64,000 nt of DNA from an uncultured Actinomycetota bacterium (GCA_963732695.1 CAVTAP010000003.1:15532-79531), one strand, 5' to 3'; shown: positions 1 to 10,742, counted from the first letter of the stretch. Notes: generated from the sequence alone by a model not told the origin. Numbers and translations are program-made.

Positions 1-814
1 GGATGAGCCCGATCACCAGGCCCAGCAGGAGATTGCGCTCCAGGGAGGCGTTCGTGGGGTGTTGGGGCGGGGCCGCCACCTGGACCACCCGGGCGGCGCC
101 GGCGGCGGCCAGTCGGGCGTTGAGTTGGAGCTCGGCGATCGAGCCGGCCACCGCCTCCACCTTGGCGTCGACCACGCTGAGGTCGGGCTCCAGGTCGTTC
201 TGGAGGCGGGTCAGCTGCCCCTCCAGCACCGCCCGTTCCTCATCGGTGACGTCGCCCGCCAGCTCGTCTTCCAGGTCATCGATGGGTTTGCGGATGGTCG
301 TCCGCTCGGCTCGGAGGTCGGCCAGGTCGGACTGGAAGGCCTCCACCGCGCCGTCGATGCTGTCGATCGCGTCCTGCCGCTTGGTCTCGACATACACGTC
401 GGCCCAGGTGTTGGCGGCTTCGGCCGCGGCGTCGGCGGTGGGCGCGGTGGCCGTGAACAGGATGGCGTCGGACGACTCGGCGGCGGCGATGTCGACATCA
501 GGGGTCGTGCCGAGCCGGTTCGCCACCTCCTCGCGCACCTGATCGCTGGCCGCCAGGTCCACCTCGTTCGACAGCTCCCGCACGCCCGCCGCCCCGGAGG
601 CACCGCGTCCGCTGATGGCCTCCTGGGCGGCCGAGCCGCCCACCGAGACCTGGGCCGACGCCGACCAAGTGGGCGACTGGGTGGCGGTGAGGGCCGTGGC
701 CAGGGCACAGACGGCCACGGCGGGAACAACGATCCACAGCCATCGTCGGCGCATGATGCGCAGATAGTCGGCCAGCTCGAGCTCGTCGGCGACCGCGCCG
801 GAGGAACTCACCAT
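1..814 (-). CDS. Polysaccharide chain-length determinant (Wzz/PCP family) protein, N-terminal part; the 3' end lies outside the window
   Basis: Not in the ORF track because no stop falls inside the window. Manual minus-strand translation from ATG 814 (GTG alternatives at 817 and 820; GGGGTGG SD-like just upstream) gives MVSSSGAVADELELADYLRIMRRRWLWIVVPAVAVCALATAL... This is the Wzz-type DYLRIxRRRW motif plus one TM helix, followed by an Ala/Asp/Glu-rich helical region. I checked every in-frame triplet from 814 down to 2 and found no stop. Confidence 0.65.
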   Translation of the reverse strand, partial: MVSSSGAVADELELADYLRIMRRRWLWIVVPAVAVCALATALTATQSPTWSASAQVSVGGSAAQEAISGRGASGAAGVRELSNEVDLAASDQVREEVANRLGTTPDVDIAAAESSDAILFTATAPTADAAAEAANTWADVYVETKRQDAIDSIDGAVEAFQSDLADLRAERTTIRKPIDDLEDELAGDVTDEERAVLEGQLTRLQNDLEPDLSVVDAKVEAVAGSIAELQLNARLAAAGAARVVQVAAPPQHPTNASLERNLLLGLVIGLI

Positions 815-1018
815 CACCACCCCGCGCCAGGGATGCGTGCCGGTTGTGTCAACGTAAACCCCTGGAGTTGTGCGGCGGGTAGATCCGGTGGCTGCGGGGT
901 GGCAGGGCACCGGAACCTTCAACCCTATCGGATCGTCGGGTGGGCGGCGAGGCAACGCCACGTGTCTGAGGGGGGTCGAACGCCTCAAGGCGTACGGCGG
1001 GCTTGTCGATGTGCAGGC

Positions 1019-2833
1019 ATGGCCGTCCGTCTGGCTCACCACCGCCGGGTGGCGACCGCCGCCCTGTTGCTCTGCTTCGTGCTGGCCACCATGCTGCTGA
1101 CGATGGGCTCGTCGGGACCGGTGGAAGACGCCGGACCCGACCACCGCAGCGGCCGCCCGGCCGACGGGGTCGGCCCGGTGGGGGCGGGGACCACCCGCGA
1201 GGTCCGCTCGCTGGCCGATTGGGATCTGGCGGTGGCGGCGGCCCAGCCGGGAGACGTGCTCCGGCTCCGGGCCGACATCCCGGGGCGGCTCGTGTACCAG
1301 GGGTTCCACGACGGTAGCGACGGCCCGGGGCCCGATGGGACGGCCGAGGCGCCGATCGTGATCACGGCCGACCCCGGGATCTGGATCGACCCCGGTAACC
1401 AGAGCAGCGGCCAGGCCGCGCTCGACGTCATCGCCGCCGACCATGTGCACGTGATCGGGGTGAGCGTCCGTAACGCCCAGTTCGGCATCCGGTGCCTCCA
1501 GTGCCGGGGCGACGCCAACCAGCCGGTGCGGATCGCCGCCAACCGGGTGACGCTCACCGGCCACGCCGGCATCCACGTGGGCGGCCACTGGTCGAGCCAC
1601 GCCCCGAGCTCGTGGGTGGTGGTGGAGGACAACGTGGTGGATCACACGGGCCAGACGGCGGCCACCTACGGCGAGGGCATCTACCTGGGGTACGGGGGAG
1701 CGGAGTGGATCGACACCACGGGCGACGTGACCGTGCGGGGCAACGACATCTCGTACACGGGGGCCGAGGGGGTCGACATCAAGCCCGGCACCCGTGACAT
1801 CACGGTGGAGGCCAACGCCATCCACGACCTGGCCCCCCGCAACGGCGGGGCCATCTCGGCCCACTACGTGAACCTCGTGCCCAACCCCCATCCGGCCCAG
1901 CTCGACGCGGTGACGGTGCGGGCCAACCGGATCTGGAACCTGAACCTGGGAGGTGTCCCCGGGTCCAACGACTGGGCCATCTGGGTGGGCCATGGGGGAG
2001 TGGACGTGGTCCAGAACTGGGTGTGGGCCCTGCGGGGCGATCCAGCCGCCGCCCGGGCCGTGCGGATCCGGGCCACCCAGGACTTCGGCCCCCATCCGAT
2101 CCGCATCCACGACAACGTCTTCTGGACGGCCCGCGGCTGGGTGGCCGAGGGTCAGCCCTCGGGGGCGGCCAACGTGGAGGCCAGCGGCAACCGGGGGGTC
2201 GATCCGGGCTCGGCCGAGCTGGTGGTCGATGCCGCCGCCTTCCCTGGCCCGGTGCCCGCCATCGGGACCGGGGGCACGGCCGACGCCGGTACCGGGCCCG
2301 GCTCCGGCCTGGGATGGACCAGCCTGGCCGGCCCGGCCCCCATCGCCGGCACCCCGATCACGGCCTGGAGCCCGGCCACCACCGTGTTGGCCGCCGGTGG
2401 CGGCCTTCCGGTCCCGGGCCCCGATGCCGGATCCTCCCTCTCCGCCCTCACCCCGTCGGCTGACCCGGCCGGTTCGTCGTCCACCACCAGGTTCACCGGC
2501 GGCGCGGGCGCCGGACTCCTCCCCACCGGGCCCGTTCCCGCCCCGGACGACCTGCCCACCGACCTGCTGGCCTACCAGGGCGCCGGGTCGGCGGCTGGCG
2601 AAATGGGAGGTGGCAACGTAGGAGGCGGCGAACCAGAAGGCAGCGAAGCGGGAGACGGCGTGGTACCGCCGACGGGCCAGGGCCCGGCCGTCGTCGCCCC
2701 GGTGCTGCTCACCCCGCCGCCCCCCGGACCCGCCGCACCGCTGGCGCCCGCCATCGGCTACGGGGTGGTGGGGATTCTGGCCCTGTCGGGCGGCGGCCTC
2801 GGGGTCCGGGCGGCCCGCAGGGGCACGATTTAG
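1019..2833 (+). CDS. Right-handed parallel beta-helix (PbH1) repeat protein with an N-terminal signal/anchor, a Pro/Gly-rich stalk and a C-terminal TM tail
   Basis: In-frame ATG at 1019 within track ORF 59..2833 gives MAVRLAHHRRVATAALLLCFVLATMLL (basic n-region plus hydrophobic helix). The body carries repeated beta-helix rungs (VTVRGNDISYTGAEGVDI, ITVEANAIHD, VTVRANRIWN, IRIHDNVFW). The C-terminus is about 230 aa of Pro/Gly/Ala-rich sequence, then AIGYGVVGILALSGGGLGV followed by RAARRG. The upstream part of the track ORF is antisense to the Wzz gene and was rejected. Confidence 0.7.
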   Translation: MAVRLAHHRRVATAALLLCFVLATMLLTMGSSGPVEDAGPDHRSGRPADGVGPVGAGTTREVRSLADWDLAVAAAQPGDVLRLRADIPGRLVYQGFHDGSDGPGPDGTAEAPIVITADPGIWIDPGNQSSGQAALDVIAADHVHVIGVSVRNAQFGIRCLQCRGDANQPVRIAANRVTLTGHAGIHVGGHWSSHAPSSWVVVEDNVVDHTGQTAATYGEGIYLGYGGAEWIDTTGDVTVRGNDISYTGAEGVDIKPGTRDITVEANAIHDLAPRNGGAISAHYVNLVPNPHPAQLDAVTVRANRIWNLNLGGVPGSNDWAIWVGHGGVDVVQNWVWALRGDPAAARAVRIRATQDFGPHPIRIHDNVFWTARGWVAEGQPSGAANVEASGNRGVDPGSAELVVDAAAFPGPVPAIGTGGTADAGTGPGSGLGWTSLAGPAPIAGTPITAWSPATTVLAAGGGLPVPGPDAGSSLSALTPSADPAGSSSTTRFTGGAGAGLLPTGPVPAPDDLPTDLLAYQGAGSAAGEMGGGNVGGGEPEGSEAGDGVVPPTGQGPAVVAPVLLTPPPPGPAAPLAPAIGYGVVGILALSGGGLGVRAARRGTI

Positions 2834-2872
2834 AACCCGTCTCGCTACCCTCCACCTTCGGAACCCCGTCGG

Positions 2873-3993
<1,121 letters not shown>

Positions 3994-3994
<1 letters not shown>

Positions 3995-4830
3995 TGGACG
4001 CCACACCGGTCGACGGGCCGGCCGACTCCGGCGCCGACCTGCGACTGGGTTCGAAGGTCGATCTGTTCGGAGTCAACGTGAGCGTCACCTCCTACGGCCA
4101 CGCCACGGCCGCCATCATGGACGCCGCCCGCAACCACCGGTCCTACGCCGTGTCGGCCCTGGCCGTGCACGGGCTGATGGAGGCGGTGGGCGACGCCGCC
4201 TTCCGCACCGTGGTCAACGAGATCGATCTGGTCACCCCGGACGGCCAGCCGGTGCGCTGGGCCATGAACCGGCTCCACCACACCGAGCTCGACGATCGCG
4301 TGTACGGGCCCGACCTCACATGGAAGGTGATCGAGGCGGCCGCCGACGAGGGGGTGGGCATCTACCTGTTCGGCTCCACCGAGGAGACCTGCGAGGCGTT
4401 CCGAGCTGAGATCGAGCGCCGTCACCCGCAGGCCAAGGTGGTGGACGTTCAGCCCGACCGGTTCCGCGACGCCACCCCCGACGAGGACGAGGCCGACGTC
4501 ACCCGGATGAACGACTCGGGGGCCGGTGTGGTCCTCGTGGGCCGGGGCTGCCCCCGCCAGGAGCGGTGGGTGGCCGCCCATCGGGGCCGGGTGCAGGCCG
4601 CCATGCTGGCGGTGGGGGCCGCCTTCGACTACGGCGCCGGCAACCTGGCCTCTCCGCCGGCGTGGATGCAACGCACCGGCCTCCAGTGGCTGTATCGCCT
4701 GGGCCAGGAGCCCCGCCGCCTGTGGCGCCGGTATCTCGTCACCAACTCCCGGTTCCTGGCCCACTTCGGCCTGGCTCTCGTGCGCTCCCGGCTGGTCTCG
4801 ACCTCCCGCCGGGTTGGAGCCGCCCGCTAG
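3994..4830 (+). CDS. WecG/TagA/CpsF-family glycosyltransferase (GT26)
   Basis: In-frame ATG 3994 overlaps the epimerase TGA (ATGA). Sequence: LFGVNVSVTSYGHATAAI...DLVTPDGQPVRWA...IYLFGSTEE...VLVGRGCPRQERW...GAAFDY..., which matches the GT26 pattern. The part of track ORF 3832..4830 upstream of 3994 overlaps the epimerase. Confidence 0.75.
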
Positions 4831-6143
4831 TGGCGGTGGCCCTTCTCGACTCGGTCCGGGCCAAGGTGTCCGGCGGTGGCGGCCCGAACGGCATGCGGAG
4901 CCGGCTCAGCTGGTCGCTCGTCACCGAGCTGCTCCAGATGGGCAGCTCCATGCTCGTCTTCTTCGCCCTGACCCGGCTGCTGTCACCCGAGGACTTCGGC
5001 ACCATGGGCGGCGTACTGGCCGTGGCCATGCCGGTGGCCAGCCTCAGCTCGATCGGGTCCCACGCCATCCTGATCAAACGGGTCTCCCAGGGGGCCGACG
5101 TCAACGACACCTGGCAGCGGGCCCTGTCGATGGGGGTCTGGGGGCCCGGAATCGGCGCCCTGCTGGTGATCCTGGCCAAGCCTCTGATCCTGCCGGCGGT
5201 CAGCGGCTGGGTCTACGCCAGCCTGGTGATCGCCCAGCTGAACCTGTTCTGGATCACGGAGCTGGCCGTGTTCATCGGCAACGGCACCCGACGGATCCGG
5301 GACTCGGCCCAGATCCGCATGGGGGTGGTGGGCATCCGGCTCGCCGGCCTGCTGCTGTTCGCCCTGGTGGGCGGGGGCAGCCTGACGTGGTGGGCGGTGG
5401 CCAACCTGGTGGCCTTCGGCCTGGCCGCGCTGATGGCCGTCGGCTACATCTGGCGCTTTTTCGGGGCCCGGCCCAGCGTCACCCGGCTCTCGATGGGCGA
5501 CGTGCGCGAGGGCATGCCGTTCGCCGTGAACTCGGTGTCGGAGTCGGTGGTGGACGTGTCGGACCGGCCTCTGCTCGTCCGCTACGGCCACGGGGCCGAC
5601 GCCGCCGTCTACACGGTGGCCGCCCGCATCATCCAGTTCGGCTACCTACCGTTGCTCGTGCTGCTGCGGGCCAGCGACGCCGACATGTTCGAGGCCGGGC
5701 GCCACGGGGCCCGGGCCACCCTCCGGGTGCTCCGACGGCTCCTGGCGCCCGGCGTGGGCGTGGCCCTGTTGGTGGCCGTCGGCTTCCTGGTGTTGGCCCC
5801 GCTGGTGCCGGTGGTGGCCGGCCCGGAGTACGACGACGCCATCGGTGCCATCCGGATGCTGTCGGTCATGCCCCTGATCCGGTGCGTCCAGTACCTGATG
5901 GGGAACTGCCTCAGCGCCTCGGGCCACCAGTGGTGGCGGGTGGGGGCCACCCTGTCGGCGGCGGCCGTCAACTTCGCGCTGAACGTCCGGTTCCTGCCTC
6001 AGGGCCACTGGTCGACCGCGGTGTACACCACGATCACCAGCGAGATCTACCTCACCGTGATCATGGGGGCCATGGTGTTGCTCCTGGCGTCGCTGGAGGG
6101 GCGGCGCCACCGCGGCGGTACCGGGAGGAGTGCCGTCACCTGA
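4830..6143 (+). CDS. Polysaccharide flippase (Wzx / MOP superfamily), multi-pass membrane protein
   Basis: GTG 4830 overlaps the upstream TAG by 1 nt (alternatives GTG 4836 or a later ATG). About 12 hydrophobic helices, with an N-terminal region LVTELLQMGSSMLVFFALTRLLSPEDFG typical of Wzx/RfbX-type flippases. The first 88 codons of track ORF 4566..6143 overlap the GT26 gene. Confidence 0.6.
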   Translation: MAVALLDSVRAKVSGGGGPNGMRSRLSWSLVTELLQMGSSMLVFFALTRLLSPEDFGTMGGVLAVAMPVASLSSIGSHAILIKRVSQGADVNDTWQRALSMGVWGPGIGALLVILAKPLILPAVSGWVYASLVIAQLNLFWITELAVFIGNGTRRIRDSAQIRMGVVGIRLAGLLLFALVGGGSLTWWAVANLVAFGLAALMAVGYIWRFFGARPSVTRLSMGDVREGMPFAVNSVSESVVDVSDRPLLVRYGHGADAAVYTVAARIIQFGYLPLLVLLRASDADMFEAGRHGARATLRVLRRLLAPGVGVALLVAVGFLVLAPLVPVVAGPEYDDAIGAIRMLSVMPLIRCVQYLMGNCLSASGHQWWRVGATLSAAAVNFALNVRFLPQGHWSTAVYTTITSEIYLTVIMGAMVLLLASLEGRRHRGGTGRSAVT

Positions 6144-7708
6144 CGACAGCGGGGCGTGGCCGACGCCCCCGGACCCGGCCCATCGGCCGGCACCGGGGGG
6201 CGACACCCCACCTGCTCCTCACAACACTCGGGCTACTTGTCGCATCGTGCTCGCCCAACGGCTCGGACCGCGGTCCGGCACCGACGACCGGCCCCACCGT
6301 GGTCATGGCCCCCGACGATCTGCCCCGCCCCCGCCCGGTTCCACCGGTGCCGGCGGTGGGATCGCTGGCCACCGACCCCGACCCCCACGCGCTGTTCGTC
6401 GATCCGGCCGCCGGCGACGACGGTGCCGACGGCCAGACGTCGGTGTCGGCCTGGCGATCACTCCAGACGGCCTTCGACCGGCTCCGGCCGGGCGACACCC
6501 TCTACCTGATGGGCGGTGACTACCGGGGCGGCCGGCTCACCCGCACGAGCTCGCACTTCGAGCTGGCGGTGTCGGGCACGGCCGAGGCCTGGATCCGGAT
6601 CGCCGCCGCCCCCGGCCAGACGCCGCGGATCGTGGCCACCGCCGGGAACGGGATCGAGATCCTGGGCGACTACCTGGCGGTGGAGGGACTCACGGTGGAG
6701 GGCGAGGGCTTCGGCCCGGCCAACAACTACGGGTGGGGCCTGATGACCCGGAGCAACCACCACGTGCGGCTGGCCGGCAACACGATCTCCGGCATGGCGG
6801 TGGGGGGCATCACGTCCATCGAGGCCACCAACCTGGAGATCACCGGCAACGAGGTCCACGACAACAGCTTCTGGGGCCCCGAGCAGGGGAGCGGGATCTC
6901 CCTGTGGCACTCGCGCGACGCCGGAACCGCCCCGGGGCCCGACGGCTACCACGACCGGATCGTGGGCAACCTCGTGTACCGCAACGAGAACAAGGTCCCG
7001 TCGATGTTCCGCTCGCACCGGATCATCACCGACGGCAACGGCATCATCGTGGACCAGGCCGACCAGACCGGCTACACGGGCCGGGTGCTGGTGGCCGACA
7101 ACGTCATCGTCGACAACGGGGGCCGGGCCGTGCTGGTGCTCGAATCGTCCCGGGTCGACGTGGTCCACAACACGACGTACCACAACGCCCGCACCGCCGG
7201 CCTGGAGGGCGGTCCGGTGGAGTTGGCGGCGGGCCGGGCCCGGGACGTCCGCTTCGTGGCCAACCTGGCCTGGGCCCGCCCCGGCGGGATGGCGTTCAAG
7301 GCCCGGGGGGTGAAGGCCGTCGGCTCCGAGGGCAACGTGCTGGTGACCGATCAGCCGGCGCCCGAGGCGAACGCCACCGATCTGGTCACGGCCGACGGCT
7401 CCGGTCTGGTCACCCGGCCGGCCGAGGATCCGGCCGTGGCCGACTTCCGCCCGTCTCCGGGCAGCGCCCTGGTGGGGCGGTCCGGCTCGGGGCTGCAGGT
7501 GGCATCGCTGGTGGCCGACATCGACGACCAGCTCCGGCCGGCCTCCGGCGCCGCGGTGGGGGCCTACGAGCCGAATCCCGCTGACCAGGCCACTCGGCGA
7601 CCGCCCCGGGAGCCCCTGGGGCCGGAGCGGTACGGCGACGAGTTCCCCCTGCCGGCCGGCCCGTCGGAGCCCGCCGGCCCGTCGTCAGCGTCGACCGGTG
7701 GCGGCTGA
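6140..7708 (+). CDS. Lipoprotein with a right-handed parallel beta-helix (pectate-lyase-fold) domain; start codon uncertain (CTG 6140?)
   Basis: In the frame of track ORF 4526..7708. The signal is ...RHRGATPHLLLTTLGLLVASCSPNG (lipobox LVAS-C, Cys codon at 6248). Beta-helix rungs follow: VRLAGNTISG, LEITGNEVHDN, IVGNLVYRNEN, VLVADNVIVDNGG, VDVVHNTTYHN. There is no in-frame ATG/GTG/TTG between about 6000 and 6248; CTG 6140 overlaps the flippase TGA. Confidence 0.65.
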   Translation: MTTAGRGRRPRTRPIGRHRGATPHLLLTTLGLLVASCSPNGSDRGPAPTTGPTVVMAPDDLPRPRPVPPVPAVGSLATDPDPHALFVDPAAGDDGADGQTSVSAWRSLQTAFDRLRPGDTLYLMGGDYRGGRLTRTSSHFELAVSGTAEAWIRIAAAPGQTPRIVATAGNGIEILGDYLAVEGLTVEGEGFGPANNYGWGLMTRSNHHVRLAGNTISGMAVGGITSIEATNLEITGNEVHDNSFWGPEQGSGISLWHSRDAGTAPGPDGYHDRIVGNLVYRNENKVPSMFRSHRIITDGNGIIVDQADQTGYTGRVLVADNVIVDNGGRAVLVLESSRVDVVHNTTYHNARTAGLEGGPVELAAGRARDVRFVANLAWARPGGMAFKARGVKAVGSEGNVLVTDQPAPEANATDLVTADGSGLVTRPAEDPAVADFRPSPGSALVGRSGSGLQVASLVADIDDQLRPASGAAVGAYEPNPADQATRRPPREPLGPERYGDEFPLPAGPSEPAGPSSASTGGG

Positions 7709-9031
7709 GCCGGCTTCGACGGCGGTCCGGATGTCGTTGGACAGCCCCAGCGACGTGCGGTGGCGGAGGTGGAGCGAGAGCGACAGCACCGCCACCATGA
7801 ACATCATCCAGCCCAGCGGCTCCGAACCCACCCCGGTCTCGGTGATCGACATCATCAGCACCGTGGTGAGGAACGTGAGGGGCCACAGGCCGATGGGGCC
7901 GGGCACGATGGCCACGATCTTGATGGCGTTGATCACCGAGCGGATGAACACGACCAGGTAGAGCACCACGCCGAAGATCCCGATCTCCAGCCAGATCTGG
8001 AGCAGGGCGTTGTGGGCGTGGCTGGGATTCCACCGGTTCTGGATCCAGACCTCGTGTATGGGGCTGAAGAAGCCGTTGAAGGTGGCCCCGAAGCCGTGGC
8101 CCAGGAATGGCTTCTGCAGGGCGATGGGGATGAGGTTCTCCCACAGCGGCACCCGCCCGGTGAGCGTGATGTCCTTGTTCAGCCAGGCGGCGAGCAGCCC
8201 GATGTTGGCCGTGGCGAAGGCGGCGGCGAAGGCCCCGCTGCCCACCAGCGACAGGAGCACGGCCCCCCGAAGGGTCTTGCGGCCCCGGAAGGCCTGGTAC
8301 ACGACCATGAGGCCGCAGGTGACCACGGTGGCCATGAACATGGTCTTGGACTTCGAACCGAACAGCATCACCCCGTGGCCCACGGCGGTGGCGTAGAACA
8401 CCCAACGCATCGGGGGGTAGGAGCGGGCGGCGAGCAACAGCACCGGTATGGAGAGCGTCGACACGTAGCCCAGCGAGTTCTTCTGGAGGAACACGCCCTT
8501 CCACTGGCCGCCGCCGTCGATCCCGTAGCGGGGCAGGAAGAGGATGAAGAAGAGGTTGACGGCGAGGCTGAAGATGGCCATCACGGCCAGCAACCGCAGG
8601 ATCTGGTCGAGGGAGAACCGCATCACCAGGTAGGAGGCGTACAGGGTCACACCCATGAAGATCGTGGCCCGGCGCAGGGTGAGCGTCGGATCGGCCGACC
8701 AGAAGGTGGAGGCGAACGTGAGCATGGCGTAGCCGTAGAGCAGGGGCTCGGCCCGCACCATCGTGATCAGGTGGTCGATACTGCCCGCCACCCGGGCGAA
8801 GGCGAAGGCGATCAGCACCAGCTCCACCGCAACCAGCAGGGGGTTCGAGTAGTCGCTGGAGAGGTCGACCCGGGTCCGCAGCCAGGAGTTGGGGATCTCG
8901 TGGACGAAGACGAATGTCGTGAGCACGACCAGCGCCTTCTCGGTCAGCCCGGGTTGGGTGATGGCCACCACCCGCCGGGCCCGTTCGCCGGCGGTGGTGG
9001 TGGTCTCGGGAGCGAGGACGAGGGCCGTCAT
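7685..9031 (-). CDS. O-antigen ligase/polymerase family (Wzy_C-type) membrane protein, candidate Wzy polymerase
   Basis: Track ORF of 448 aa with more than 10 TM helices. Loop motifs: FLQKNSLGY, LFGSKSKT, and PFLGHGFG...HAHNALLQIWLEIGIFG, characteristic of the O-antigen ligase/Wzy family. Its 3' end overlaps the convergent beta-helix lipoprotein gene by 24 bp. Confidence 0.75.
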   Translation of the reverse strand: MTALVLAPETTTTAGERARRVVAITQPGLTEKALVVLTTFVFVHEIPNSWLRTRVDLSSDYSNPLLVAVELVLIAFAFARVAGSIDHLITMVRAEPLLYGYAMLTFASTFWSADPTLTLRRATIFMGVTLYASYLVMRFSLDQILRLLAVMAIFSLAVNLFFILFLPRYGIDGGGQWKGVFLQKNSLGYVSTLSIPVLLLAARSYPPMRWVFYATAVGHGVMLFGSKSKTMFMATVVTCGLMVVYQAFRGRKTLRGAVLLSLVGSGAFAAAFATANIGLLAAWLNKDITLTGRVPLWENLIPIALQKPFLGHGFGATFNGFFSPIHEVWIQNRWNPSHAHNALLQIWLEIGIFGVVLYLVVFIRSVINAIKIVAIVPGPIGLWPLTFLTTVLMMSITETGVGSEPLGWMMFMVAVLSLSLHLRHRTSLGLSNDIRTAVEAGSAATGRR

Positions 9032-9040
9032 CGGTGGTGG

Positions 9041-10657
9041 CTAGACCCGGGTGTAGGCGTAGCGGTCGCGCTGGAGCAGCTTGCCCCGCTCGTACTTCTG
9101 GCGGTTCATGACCGCGCCCAGCAGCTTGGCCCCGGTGCGCTCCAGGTCGGCCCGGACCTGGAGCAGGTCGGAGGTCTCGGTGCGCTCGGTGTCGACCACC
9201 ACGATCACACCGTCGACGTAGCGGGCGGCCGACAGGGCGTCGGCCGTGGACAGCACCGGCGGGGTGTCGATCACGATGTACTCGACGTCCTCCCGCTCCA
9301 GCTCCTTCACCATCTGCTCGAACCGGTCGGAGTTGAGCAGCTCACCGGGGTTGTTGGGCGGGGCGCCGGAGCGGATCAGCCACAGGTTGTCGATGCCCGG
9401 CACCTTCTCGGCGTTGAGCTCGGCGGCGTGGGCCAGGTACTCCGACAGGCCGGGCCGGGGGCCCTCCATGCCGAACAGCTTCTCCAGCGTGGGGCGGCGG
9501 AGGTCGGCCGACACCAGCACGCAGCGGGAGCCGTTCTGGGCCAGGGCGATGGCCAGGTTCGACGAGGTGAGGCTCTTGCCCTCGGCCGGGTTGGCGCTGG
9601 TGACGATGATCGACGACACCCCGCTCGACGAGTTGAGGAACTGGGTGGAGCTGCGGAGGCGGCGGAACGCCTCCCGGGCCGCCCCGATCCGGGCCGAGCC
9701 GCCGGTGGTGAGCATGATCAGGCTGCCGGTGCCGCCCCGGTTGCCCATGCCCAGCGTCGGGACGTTGCCCATGACGGTGGCCCCCAGGGCCAGGGCCACG
9801 TCCTCGGAGTCTCGGGCGGTGGTGTCGAGCCGCTCCAGCAGGAAGGCGGTGACCACGCCCAACAGGAGGCCGCCCAGGAGCCCGCCGATCAGGAGCAGCA
9901 GCGACGGCAGCCCGTCGGGCCCGTTGGCCGGGCTGGCCTGGCGAAGCACCTCGGCCGCCGGGCTACGGGTGGCGAGGTTGCGGTTGGCATTGCCGATGGC
10001 CGAGTCCTGCTGCTGGATCCGGCTTCCGATCGACGACTGCTGGCTCCGGAGGCTGGCCAGGCTGGCGTCGATGTCGGGGATGGCTTCGGGCGCCGCCTTG
10101 TCCCGGGTGGTCTCCAGGTCCTTGATGTCGGTGGTCAGCTTGCCCTGCTGAGCGACCAGCCCGTCCTTCTCCGCCTGGGCGCTGGCGATCGACTTGTCGT
10201 AGTAGCCCTTGGCGTCGGCCTCGCGCTTGGTGACGTAGTTCTGGGCGAAGGCCTCGGCGGTTGCCGCCGCGGCCGCCTGGTCGGTCGAGGTGAACGACAC
10301 TTGCATCACGTCGGAGTCGGGCCGGAACTCGACCTTCAGCTCCTCGAGGAGCTCGTTGGCGGTGGCCGCCGTGCCCAGCTGGGTCTTGACCGTCTCGGCC
10401 GTCTGGTTCGAGGCCAGGACCTCCCGCTCCCGCTCCAGGTTCGGCAGCACCAGGCTGTCGTTGGCCCCCGGAGTGGGCCGCAGCAGCACGGTGGCCGTGC
10501 TGGTGTAGGTGTCGGTGCGGGCCGTGGTGTAGACCAACGCGGCCGCCACACACAGCGCCGTGAGCGCCACCACCACCCATTTGTGGCGCTGCACGGCCCG
10601 AAGGTAGTCCTCGAGGCGTGCGGCCTCCGGACCGGAGGTCCCTGTCTGATACATCAT
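9041..10657 (-). CDS. Polysaccharide co-polymerase with a C-terminal tyrosine autokinase domain (Wzz + BY-kinase)
   Basis: ATG 10657 is preceded by AGGAGCGCAAGAACC. N-terminus: LEDYLRAVQRHKWVVVALTAL (Wzz motif plus TM), then a coiled region and a second TM (LLLLIGGLLGGLLLGVV). Kinase motifs: Walker A PAEGKS, Walker A' VLVSADLRRP, Walker B IVIDTPP. The C-terminal tail has scattered Tyr (KYERG...RDRYAYTRV). Confidence 0.85.
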   Translation of the reverse strand: MMYQTGTSGPEAARLEDYLRAVQRHKWVVVALTALCVAAALVYTTARTDTYTSTATVLLRPTPGANDSLVLPNLEREREVLASNQTAETVKTQLGTAATANELLEELKVEFRPDSDVMQVSFTSTDQAAAAATAEAFAQNYVTKREADAKGYYDKSIASAQAEKDGLVAQQGKLTTDIKDLETTRDKAAPEAIPDIDASLASLRSQQSSIGSRIQQQDSAIGNANRNLATRSPAAEVLRQASPANGPDGLPSLLLLIGGLLGGLLLGVVTAFLLERLDTTARDSEDVALALGATVMGNVPTLGMGNRGGTGSLIMLTTGGSARIGAAREAFRRLRSSTQFLNSSSGVSSIIVTSANPAEGKSLTSSNLAIALAQNGSRCVLVSADLRRPTLEKLFGMEGPRPGLSEYLAHAAELNAEKVPGIDNLWLIRSGAPPNNPGELLNSDRFEQMVKELEREDVEYIVIDTPPVLSTADALSAARYVDGVIVVVDTERTETSDLLQVRADLERTGAKLLGAVMNRQKYERGKLLQRDRYAYTRV

Positions 10658-10742
10658 GGTTCTTGCGCTCCTGGGAGAGGATGCGTTTGCGGCGGGTCTG
10701 AGCATGGTAGCTGGTGAACCTGCCCACCGGTATCAGGTGCGG

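Noticed and set aside
6130-6519. Alternative-frame ORFs 6130..6519 and 6156..6509, which do have GTG/ATG starts, as the real 5' end of the lipoprotein gene (which would imply a frameshift).
   Set aside because: Their translations (MPSPDDSGAWPTPPDP..., MADAPGPGPSAG...) contain no signal peptide and do not join the beta-helix frame sensibly. The lipobox frame is continuous with the beta-helix domain.
7760-10717. Very long ORFs antisense to or overlapping well-supported genes. Examples: 7760..10717 (985 aa), 26234..29092 (952 aa), 56400..59078 (892 aa), 12995..15541 (848 aa), 30172..32511 (779 aa), 33037..35319 (760 aa), 51107..53128 (673 aa), 35354..37228 (624 aa).
   Set aside because: These are typical shadow ORFs of a ~70% GC genome. 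Their translations are Arg/Gly/Pro/His-rich low-complexity strings with no recognisable motifs. Each lies opposite or out of frame to genes with clear family signatures.
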